In this document: in pieces, positions 22,896 to 30,655 of the stretch
Layout of the letters: each line of letters starts with the position of its first letter
Position numbering within the stretch: the first letter of the stretch is position 1
Virus record (IMG/VR): IMGVR_UViG_3300025018_000080
Location: 1 to 33,977 of that record
Length of the DNA stretch: 33,977 nucleotides
Strand: one strand, 5' to 3'
DNA from: a virus
The notes under the pieces: generated by a model
What the model was told of the DNA's origin: nothing
The model's database searches: none
What the model saw: only the letters and a program-made list of their open reading frames with translations
Translations under genes and position numbers: made by a program

Positions 22896-24264
22896 ATGGG
22901 AACAAACAGAAAAACAAGAACAGGCTTGGCACTACCTGACTGATGATACTACGACCGAAGTTATATTCGGCGGAGGTGCAGGCGGTGCCAAGTCTTTTTT
23001 GGGCTGTGCTTGGATTATCAGAATGGCGATAGGGTATAAAGGAACTCGTTGGCTTATTGGTAGAAAGAAATTAAAGAGATTGAAAGAAACCACATTGAAA
23101 ACATTTTTTGAGGTTTGTGCTATGTGGGGATTAAAACAAAATAAACATTTTAAATATAATGCTCAAGACGGAGTTATTAAATTTGCTAATGGGAGTGAGG
23201 TGTTGTTGGCTGATTTGGCCCACCAACCAAGTGACCCAAATTACGATGAGCTTGGGTCGTTGGAATTAACAGGGGCTTTTATTGATGAGGTTAACCAAAT
23301 TACTTTTAAGGCGTGGGAAGTTATTAACTCCCGTATTCGTTTTAAATTAGATGAGTATGGATTGATACCGAAAATATTGGGAACTTGTAACCCGTCTAAG
23401 GGGTGGGTTTATACTTATTTTTACAAACCTTTTAAAGATAAATGCCAAGATGTTGGCAAGGCTTTTATTCGGGCCCTTGCAAAGGATAATCCGTTTATAT
23501 CTAAACACTACATCAATCAATTAAAAAGAATTAAAGACAAGGCAACGAGAGAGAGATTGCTAAATGGTAATTGGGAGTATGATGATGACCCAGCTTGCTT
23601 GTTTGAGTTAGATGTAATACAAGACCAGTTTACTACCAAGGTTGATGACAAAAAAGATAGGTGGATTACTGGCGATGTTAGTAGAAAGGGGCGAGATAAT
23701 ATGCCTATTGGTATTTGGCACGGATTACAATTAAAGAAAGTTATTGTTATACCTTATGATATTAGAAAGAATACTGCTAAGAGTGCCGAGTTTATAATCA
23801 AGACCGCACAGAGAGAGGGAGTGAGAAGTGGAAAGATTATTTTAGATGAGGACGGAGTTGGTGGTGGCGTGGTTGATAATATAAGGGGCTGTATTGGATT
23901 TATAAATGGCTCAAGCCCTGTTTTATCAAGACAAGAGCAGTTAGCTAAAAAGAGGGGAGAGCATTATACTAATTACGGGAACTTAAAAACCCAATGCTAT
24001 TTTAAATTAGCGGAAGTAATGGAGGCAGGAGATTTGGGGATTGACGGGGAGGCTTTTGATGTGCAGGCTAAAGATGATTACATTGAGGAGTTGGGACAGA
24101 TTAAGCAGAGAGATTTAGACAAAGACGGAAAGATTTATTTAGTTGGTAAAGATAAGATAAAAGAAAACATTGGACGATCTCCCGATTATTCGGATATGGT
24201 GATGATGAGAATGTTGCCACTTGTTAAGCCTAAGAGGGTGCTTGATATTATAACCCTTGACTAA
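22873..24264 (+). CDS. terL: terminase large subunit
   Basis: P-loop-like VIFGGGAGGAKSF, Walker B LTGAFIDEV, and a C-terminal nuclease-sized domain. 463 aa, upstream of the portal gene. Confidence 0.85.
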   Translation: MTKMPRIEWEQTEKQEQAWHYLTDDTTTEVIFGGGAGGAKSFLGCAWIIRMAIGYKGTRWLIGRKKLKRLKETTLKTFFEVCAMWGLKQNKHFKYNAQDGVIKFANGSEVLLADLAHQPSDPNYDELGSLELTGAFIDEVNQITFKAWEVINSRIRFKLDEYGLIPKILGTCNPSKGWVYTYFYKPFKDKCQDVGKAFIRALAKDNPFISKHYINQLKRIKDKATRERLLNGNWEYDDDPACLFELDVIQDQFTTKVDDKKDRWITGDVSRKGRDNMPIGIWHGLQLKKVIVIPYDIRKNTAKSAEFIIKTAQREGVRSGKIILDEDGVGGGVVDNIRGCIGFINGSSPVLSRQEQLAKKRGEHYTNYGNLKTQCYFKLAEVMEAGDLGIDGEAFDVQAKDDYIEELGQIKQRDLDKDGKIYLVGKDKIKENIGRSPDYSDMVMMRMLPLVKPKRVLDIITLD

Positions 24265-24298
24265 GGTGATGTTTTTTATTGCCGAGGTTTACAAAATA

Positions 24299-24307
24299 TG
24301 CTATAAT
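24299..24307 (+). promoter_or_regulatory. extended -10 promoter element TGcTATAAT (member 2)
   Basis: AAAATATGCTATAATAAAATTAC, 28 nt upstream of ATG 24336. Confidence 0.55.
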
Positions 24308-24335
24308 AAAATTACATAATAACTATATTAAAAAT

Positions 24336-26417
24336 ATGGGGCTATTAGATAAAATATTTAATCGTGGCGAGAAAAAAAGCGTGCCTTATTCGTTTTTTTA
24401 TAATTCGGGGATAATGTCAAACATTGTTACCCGTTCAGACGCCTTGGATTTTTACAAGTCTTGGGTTTATGCTTGTGTTACTAAGAGGTCAATGGGATTG
24501 GCTCAAATTGATTTCAAGGCATATAAATTAAAAGGCGATAAGGTTGTGGAGGTGTTAGAACACCCCGTTTTAGATTTACTTTACAGAGTTAACCCACAGA
24601 TGACTAAATTTAACTTTATTCAGTTATCTATTATTTATCGGGATTTGCTTGGTGCAAGCCCTTGGATTTTAGAGGGTGGAGATAAGAATGGGAAAAATCC
24701 TACTCAAATGTCTATTGCAAGACCAGAGTTTTTTAGAGCAGAAAGAGATAAGGACGGAAACATTACAAAATATGTTTATGAGATTGGAACTTATAAAAAA
24801 GAATTTTCTACTAATCAAGTTATTTTCTTAAAAAATTATAATCCGAAAAATCCTGACAAAGGGATTGGAGTTTTGGAGGCTGTAAGACAGACTGCTGAAA
24901 ATGATGACTATATGTTGCAGTCAAATAATAATCTTTTGAAAGAGGGTGCGATCTCAAGTGGCTTTTTAGAAACCGAGGAGATATTGGATAGCAAAGAAGT
25001 TAAGAGATTGGAAAAGAAAGCCAAGGCTAAAATGGCAGGATATGAAAATGCCCATAAAATTCAGATATTACAGGGAGGTATGAAATTTAAACCGAATGTT
25101 ATACCACCGAGAGATTTGGAGTTTATTGAGGGGAGAAAACTTAACCGAGATGAGATTGCTGGGATTTTTGGTGTGCCAAAATCTCTTTTGACTTTTGATG
25201 ATGTAAACAGGGCCTCTGCTCAAGCAGGAGAATATCAATTTAACAAATGGACTCTTGAACCTTTGGCTACTGAAATATGCGAGCAGTTGAATGAGTTTTT
25301 AGTGCCGAAGTTTGATGATGATGTTTGGTTAGACTTTGAGCCTCTTGCTAAGGAGGACGAGGAGTTGTCTATTAGGGGCAAGGAGGCAAGTGTTAATAAA
25401 TGGAAAACTATAAATGAAGTTAGAGAAATGGACGGATTGGGTGCTATATCGGGAGGAGATTATATTTATATGCCTTTTTCTACTTTGCCAATGGTCGGAG
25501 GAGAAAAGAAAGGAGTTAACGATGTTTTGAAAATCGGGAGTGCCCGTGCTAAAGATGAGGGCAGAGTTGATTTGAAAAAAGAGAGATACATTAAGAAAAG
25601 AATTTTAAGCAGAAATTATCGCAACAAGCAATTAGTCAATCGTGCCAGTAATAAGGCTAACGAATTGTTAGAGGGAAAAAAGAGAATAGTTTTGAAACTC
25701 GTTAACCAAAAGGCTGACGAGGTAAAAAAAAAATTAGGATTGACTGATGAGATGATTGACACTTGGTATAAAGCAAGAATGAAAGAGGAGGAAAGTTTAG
25801 AGGGGATTTGGAAAAATGGATTTAAAAAGTTCTTTAAAGAGCAAGAGAAAAGATTTATAACTGCTTTAGAGGAAAACAAAAAAGGAGTTGCTCAAGAGTA
25901 TGGGATTGATGTTGCAGAGGAGTTGGGGGCTACTGTTGAGGTTATAAGCCCGTTGATGTATGAAACAGTTATGCGAGGAGTTAACCAAGCAAGTGAATTG
26001 GTCGGACAACCTGCTATTGCAGACTTTGAATTTTTAAGAGAGTGGCTTAATAAAGTGGGAGAGGAGATTGGTGAGAATATCAATAACACCACGATCACCG
26101 CATTTGATGAAACAATCAGACAAGGACTTGCAGAGGGTGAGGGGATTGGAGAATTAAAAAAGAGAGTGAGTGAGGTGTTTGATTTCGCTACTGATACCCG
26201 TGCCGAGATGATTGCGAGAACTGAAACCGCAAGAGGTATTACCGAGGCCCACAGACAGACTTATGAGTATTATGGATTTATAGATGTGGAGTGGTTGTTA
26301 AGCCCAGGGGCTTGCTCGGAGTGTATTGCAAAGAAAGGGAATAGTTGGACCACTAAGAGCATACAGGGAGAGATACCAGTTCACCCAAATTGCAAATGCG
26401 ATTTTACACCATTATAA
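24336..26417 (+). CDS. portal protein fused to a Mu F / SPP1 gp7-like head morphogenesis domain
   Basis: ATG 24336 (MGLLDKIFNRG...) is preferred because the track start 24279 is TTG and spans the promoter. The N-terminal ~400 aa look like an HK97-type portal. The C-terminus ARTETARGITEAH...IPVHPNCKCDF is the Mu F signature (HPNC[KR]C). Confidence 0.75.
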   Translation: MGLLDKIFNRGEKKSVPYSFFYNSGIMSNIVTRSDALDFYKSWVYACVTKRSMGLAQIDFKAYKLKGDKVVEVLEHPVLDLLYRVNPQMTKFNFIQLSIIYRDLLGASPWILEGGDKNGKNPTQMSIARPEFFRAERDKDGNITKYVYEIGTYKKEFSTNQVIFLKNYNPKNPDKGIGVLEAVRQTAENDDYMLQSNNNLLKEGAISSGFLETEEILDSKEVKRLEKKAKAKMAGYENAHKIQILQGGMKFKPNVIPPRDLEFIEGRKLNRDEIAGIFGVPKSLLTFDDVNRASAQAGEYQFNKWTLEPLATEICEQLNEFLVPKFDDDVWLDFEPLAKEDEELSIRGKEASVNKWKTINEVREMDGLGAISGGDYIYMPFSTLPMVGGEKKGVNDVLKIGSARAKDEGRVDLKKERYIKKRILSRNYRNKQLVNRASNKANELLEGKKRIVLKLVNQKADEVKKKLGLTDEMIDTWYKARMKEEESLEGIWKNGFKKFFKEQEKRFITALEENKKGVAQEYGIDVAEELGATVEVISPLMYETVMRGVNQASELVGQPAIADFEFLREWLNKVGEEIGENINNTTITAFDETIRQGLAEGEGIGELKKRVSEVFDFATDTRAEMIARTETARGITEAHRQTYEYYGFIDVEWLLSPGACSECIAKKGNSWTTKSIQGEIPVHPNCKCDFTPL

Positions 26418-26506
26418 AAATTAACTATAAATATATGGCTCAAACAATAAGAGATATTAAAAAAAAGAACGGGGGTAAATAAAAGCCTTTATGAAATAGT
26501 TTAAAT

Positions 26507-26515
26507 GTGCTATAA
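26507..26515 (+). promoter_or_regulatory. extended -10 promoter element TGcTATAAT (member 3)
   Basis: TAAATGTGCTATAATAAAATTAT, 29 nt upstream of ATG 26545. Confidence 0.55.
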
Positions 26516-26544
26516 TAAAATTATTAAGATAAATTTACAAAAAT

Positions 26545-27378
26545 ATGAGTAAAAAAATTCAGACCGAGGCAAAGGCTGATGTAAAAATCAATATACCTGT
26601 TAAGTTTAAAATCATTGAGAGTAAGGCTGACGGGCAAAAGGGAATTATTGAGGCGTATGTGTCTATTTTTGACAATGTTGACCTTGTTGGCGATATTATC
26701 AAGAGAGGTGCGTTTGCTGAAAGCCTTGCAAAGAAATTGCCAAAAGGTGTTTGGGCTCATAATTGGGACGAGCCTATTGCTAAGACCTTGGAGGCCCGTG
26801 AGGACGAAAAGGGGCTTTATATTCGTGGACAGTTTATTGAGGGCGTGCAGAAAGCAGACGAGGCCTATAAACTGATTAAAGAGGGAGTTATTGACGAGTT
26901 TTCAATCGGATTTAGAATATTGGGTTATGAGTGGAGTGATGACGACCCCGATGTAAGAATTATTACAAAGGCCCGTTTATACGAATGGTCACCAGTTCTT
27001 GCAGGTGCTAATCCCGATACTGAATTGATTAGTATTAAAGACGATCAGCCGAAAGAGGAAAAAGAAAAGAAAGATGATGAGGAAAAAGAAACCGAGGAAG
27101 TAGAGGAGGAGAAAAAAATTGACTTCGTTAAGGTAGATGAAAAAAGTGGAACTATTAAATTGTTTTACAAGGACGGGGAGGAAAAGAAAACGGAAGTCTA
27201 TAAAATGAGTGATAAATTTAAAAAATATCAAAGTGAGTTAAAGGCTCACAAAACAAAGGTCGGCACTAATAATGGAGAGGGCGATAGCAACCCTAATAAA
27301 AAAATCCTCCGTATTAGACAAGTAGCAAAACAAAATCTTAAAGCAAGTCAATACTTGCTTAGGATTACTAAAAATTAA
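26545..27378 (+). CDS. HK97-family prohead protease with a Lys/Glu-rich C-terminal extension
   Basis: VSIFDNVDLVGDIIKRGAF, WAHNW (His) and EFSIGFRI (Ser) match the S78 prohead protease pattern. Residues from about 170 to 277 are charged and low-complexity (KEEKEKKDDEEKETEEVEEEKK). Confidence 0.8.
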   Translation: MSKKIQTEAKADVKINIPVKFKIIESKADGQKGIIEAYVSIFDNVDLVGDIIKRGAFAESLAKKLPKGVWAHNWDEPIAKTLEAREDEKGLYIRGQFIEGVQKADEAYKLIKEGVIDEFSIGFRILGYEWSDDDPDVRIITKARLYEWSPVLAGANPDTELISIKDDQPKEEKEKKDDEEKETEEVEEEKKIDFVKVDEKSGTIKLFYKDGEEKKTEVYKMSDKFKKYQSELKAHKTKVGTNNGEGDSNPNKKILRIRQVAKQNLKASQYLLRITKN

Positions 27379-27389
27379 CTTATAAACCT

Positions 27390-28436
27390 ATGGAAAAAGA
27401 ACAAGTGAAAGAGGTTACTATGGACGAATTAAAGTCTATAATGGCCGAGGGGGTTAAAGAAATAATCCCTGCTCTAAAAAGTGAAATTTTAGAGGAAATG
27501 AAAGGCAGTTTAAAAGATGAGGTTAAAGTTAATAGCGATGAGGAGAAAGTTGAAAAGTCCGCGGATTTTATTCGTAAGGCTTGCAACGGAGAACTTGAAA
27601 AGAAAGCTATTGACTCTACAACCGACTCGTTCGGGTATACAGTGCCTACCGAACTTAGTGACTTTATCTTAAAAGCCAAAGATAAAATTGCGAAAATGCG
27701 TAAATTGGCTTTCGTATTTCAAATGGCAGGAAATTTTGACCTACCAACCGAGGGAACTGGCGTGACTGGTTACTGGGTGGGTGAAAATGAAACCATTACT
27801 GAAAGCAACCCTACAATCGGCAAGAAAACTCTTGTTGATTACTATTTAGCGGCTCGTGTGTTAATCCCACGAAAGTTGTTAAATACCTCTGCTTATAACA
27901 TTGTGAACTATGTTGGTGAACTATGTGCTCGTAAGTTGAGAGATACCGAGGAAACTGCTTTTGTTGCAGGTGACGGTTCAAGCAAACCTACTGGTTTACG
28001 ATCAGCAAGTTTAACTGGCTCACAGGCTCAAGCAAGCACTTCTTTGGCTTATAACGATATAATCAATCTATTTTATGCTCTACCTGAACAGTATAGAGAA
28101 AATGCAGTTTTCTTAACTTCTGCTCTTGGTATGAAAGCGATTAGAAAGATTGTTGACGATAATGGTGTGCCAATCTTTGATTTGCGTGACCAAAAAATGT
28201 TTAATAGACCTGTTATTGAAAGCTCTGACATTCCTGAAAACCTTGGAAGTTCTGCCAATACTACTGAAATTTATTTTGGTGATATGTGGTATTACTGGAT
28301 TAAGGACGGGGAAAAAATGTTTGTGGATACTGACAAAGTATTGTCTAAACTACAAATTGAGTTAGTAGTTGCTCAAGCAGTTGACGGAGTTTACACTCTA
28401 CCTGCCGCTTGTAAGAAAATGACTGGCGTTAAATAG
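27390..28436 (+). CDS. major capsid protein, HK97 fold, with an N-terminal delta-like coiled-coil region
   Basis: Follows the protease gene. FGYTVPTELSDFIL...GYWVGENE...AFVAGDGSSKPTGL matches the Phage_capsid family pattern. 348 aa. Confidence 0.85.
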   Translation: MEKEQVKEVTMDELKSIMAEGVKEIIPALKSEILEEMKGSLKDEVKVNSDEEKVEKSADFIRKACNGELEKKAIDSTTDSFGYTVPTELSDFILKAKDKIAKMRKLAFVFQMAGNFDLPTEGTGVTGYWVGENETITESNPTIGKKTLVDYYLAARVLIPRKLLNTSAYNIVNYVGELCARKLRDTEETAFVAGDGSSKPTGLRSASLTGSQAQASTSLAYNDIINLFYALPEQYRENAVFLTSALGMKAIRKIVDDNGVPIFDLRDQKMFNRPVIESSDIPENLGSSANTTEIYFGDMWYYWIKDGEKMFVDTDKVLSKLQIELVVAQAVDGVYTLPAACKKMTGVK

Positions 28437-28442
28437 CCTTAT

Positions 28443-28468
28443 GGCTCATCTCCTTTCGGAGGTGGGCC
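28443..28468 (+). terminator. stable stem-loop after the capsid gene (terminator/attenuator or mRNA stabiliser)
   Basis: GGCTCATCTCC-tttc-GGAGGTGGGCC forms an 11-bp stem (two G-U pairs) with a tetraloop. Only a short TT follows. Confidence 0.5.
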
Positions 28469-28502
28469 TTGTAGGATAATTAACAAACTAAACTTTAATC
28501 TT

Positions 28503-28679
28503 ATGGCTAAAGCAAAAAATGAGGAAACAAACGAAAAATTGGACAAGGACATTGTTATCGTTCAATTTACAAAATCTTGGACACCCTATGTTAGAGGGGA
28601 AGTTGCGGGATTTAATAAGAAACTTGCGGAGAAGTTAATTGATAATGACATCGCAGAAGTTTATAAAAAATCTAAATAG
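28503..28679 (+). CDS. small capsid-proximal protein (58 aa), absent from the ORF track; paralogous to the N-terminus of the next gene
   Basis: ATG 28503 to TAG 28677-28679. IVIVQFTKSWTPYVRGEVAGFNKKLAEKLIDNDIAE aligns without gaps to KVLVKYIKGLETYVPGDIRAVDVKEYQELKKKGIVE in the 28686 product. Confidence 0.5.
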   Translation: MAKAKNEETNEKLDKDIVIVQFTKSWTPYVRGEVAGFNKKLAEKLIDNDIAEVYKKSK

Positions 28680-28685
28680 AATTAT

Positions 28686-30170
28686 ATGGCCAAGGTATTA
28701 GTCAAATATATCAAAGGCCTTGAAACTTATGTGCCTGGGGATATTCGGGCGGTAGATGTTAAGGAATACCAAGAACTGAAAAAAAAGGGGATTGTAGAAA
28801 AGACGGAAATGCTTGAGGAAGTCTACAACCCCGATGAGATTGAGAGAGATAAATTGAAAGGGCATAATATTCTCGGCAAAAAATACAAACTCGGAGTTGT
28901 TGATGTTGTTGTGCCTACTATGGACAAGAACGGAGTTAAGAGTTTAAAAGTTCTTAAAAAATATCAGAAACAAGGAAAGATTAGTTTTGAGTTAATGGAA
29001 AGAAAATTTAGCCAAGAGGTCGGAGGCTTTGCCAAGTCTTGTAATGACGGGGCTAAATTAAATGAGGGATTGGGAGAGTTTATTTTATTCTTGAATGATG
29101 ATGTTGAGTTATCAGAAAGCGGATTTTTTCATAACCTTATTAAGCCCTTTGAGGACGAGGAGGTGGGAATGGTTGGAACTTCCTGCTCTGAAACCTCTTG
29201 GGGCTTGAATGGGTCTATTATGTGTATTCGCAGAGAGTTGTTTGAGATGATTGGGGGATTTGATGAGAATTATTTTTTTATGTTTGAGGATAATGATTTA
29301 TGCGAGAATGTAAAAAGACGAGGTTATAAAATAGTTGTTAGCGAGGCAAAGGCCAAGCACGAGGGCGGTGAGAGTGTAAACATAGCCTCGGAGTTTTGGC
29401 GTAGTAATTACTACAATGGCCTCGCTTATTTTAATAGGAAATGGCGAGGAGATAAAAGAATTATTGGCTCTATTATTGCAGGGAACGAGGGTGACAGATA
29501 TATGAGCAGGGTGATTATTGATTTATTTAAAAGAAATTTAGTTGATGAGGTTGTGGTTGTGTGCGATCAGTCGGACAAAAAGACTGTTGATGAGTTAAAG
29601 GAATTACAAAAATATTATTTGGTTACAGTTCATTATCATAATTTTAAATTATTCGGAGAGGCTGAAAATTTATTGAGAGAGAGGGCGATACAATATGCGA
29701 TTTCAAAAAACCCGTTCGGGATTATACCGATTGATTGTGATGAGTTCTTTGATGAGGAGATTAACAGATATGCTTTGATGACTTTGCTTAATCAAGGAGT
29801 TGCGTTTGATTTCGTGTTGGCCCATTATTGGGGAGATGAGGAGAGTGTGAGAATTGACGGAGTTTTTGCTCATCAAAAGAATGTGCGTTTATTTAGATAT
29901 TGCCCAGAGCAATCACAGAAATTCTTTGATAGGAATTTGCATTGTGGCTCTGTGCCTAAATATGCCTATGAGCAGAGAAAGGATACCGAGTTTATTTTAA
30001 AACATTTCGGGTATGTAAATGCTAAAGATGTTAAAGACAAAAAGGAGAGGCAGATGAAACACGACCCGAAAATGCTTTTGGAAAACCCCGACCTTTATAA
30101 CAGAATGATGAAAGAGGGGGAGGTTGTGAAATTTAATAAAGTTAAGTTTATGGAGATATGGAAACGATAA
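28686..30170 (+). CDS. two-domain family-2-like glycosyltransferase with a small N-terminal capsid-proximal-type domain
   Basis: Domain 1 has FILFLNDDVEL (DxD) and GGFDENYFFMFEDNDLCENVKRRGYKIV, a classic GT2 block. Domain 2 has IIAGNEGDRYMSRVI...VVVVCDQSDKKT...IIPIDCDEFF, a second GT-A DxD. Confidence 0.75.
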   Translation: MAKVLVKYIKGLETYVPGDIRAVDVKEYQELKKKGIVEKTEMLEEVYNPDEIERDKLKGHNILGKKYKLGVVDVVVPTMDKNGVKSLKVLKKYQKQGKISFELMERKFSQEVGGFAKSCNDGAKLNEGLGEFILFLNDDVELSESGFFHNLIKPFEDEEVGMVGTSCSETSWGLNGSIMCIRRELFEMIGGFDENYFFMFEDNDLCENVKRRGYKIVVSEAKAKHEGGESVNIASEFWRSNYYNGLAYFNRKWRGDKRIIGSIIAGNEGDRYMSRVIIDLFKRNLVDEVVVVCDQSDKKTVDELKELQKYYLVTVHYHNFKLFGEAENLLRERAIQYAISKNPFGIIPIDCDEFFDEEINRYALMTLLNQGVAFDFVLAHYWGDEESVRIDGVFAHQKNVRLFRYCPEQSQKFFDRNLHCGSVPKYAYEQRKDTEFILKHFGYVNAKDVKDKKERQMKHDPKMLLENPDLYNRMMKEGEVVKFNKVKFMEIWKR

Positions 30171-30655
30171 ACAGAGATGATTATTTAAAAGCACTTTCAA
30201 AAGACGAATATTACCGAGGGAGGTGGGGATACTATGAGGCTGTAATTGATTTTATAAAGGGGATTGAGTTTGATAATTGCTTGGAGATTGGTTGCAAAAG
30301 TTTGCCAATTATCAAGGGCAGTCAAACTATGGATATTGAAAGAAAGGCGGGGCAGATTTTGACCTACGAATATAATGCGACTAAGTTGCCCTATGATTTC
30401 ATTAAGGACAAGCAGTTTGATTTATTAGTTGCCTTGCAGACCTTGGAACATTTACACCCCTTGCAAAAAGAAGTGTTTGGAGAGTGGAAAAGGATTGCTA
30501 AAAATATCGTTATCTCTTTGCCTTATATGTGGCATTGCCCTAATGATGTAATGCACCATAATATTACTATACCGATGATTGAGGAATGGACAGGAATGAA
30601 ACCCGATAAAATGATAATTTCAAATTGTAGAATAATATTAAAATATGGATTATAA
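30158..30655 (+). CDS. class I SAM-dependent methyltransferase-like protein
   Basis: CLEIGCKS resembles motif I, and FDLLVALQTLEHL...WKRIAKNIVISLP resembles the Methyltransf_11 pattern. Confidence 0.55.
   Translation: METINRDDYLKALSKDEYYRGRWGYYEAVIDFIKGIEFDNCLEIGCKSLPIIKGSQTMDIERKAGQILTYEYNATKLPYDFIKDKQFDLLVALQTLEHLHPLQKEVFGEWKRIAKNIVISLPYMWHCPNDVMHHNITIPMIEEWTGMKPDKMIISNCRIILKYGL

Noticed and set aside
26445-26492. 15-aa ORF (MAQTIRDIKKKNGGK) after the portal gene
   Set aside because: It is too short, and it lies just upstream of the promoter motif at 26501-26523. It is probably just intergenic sequence.
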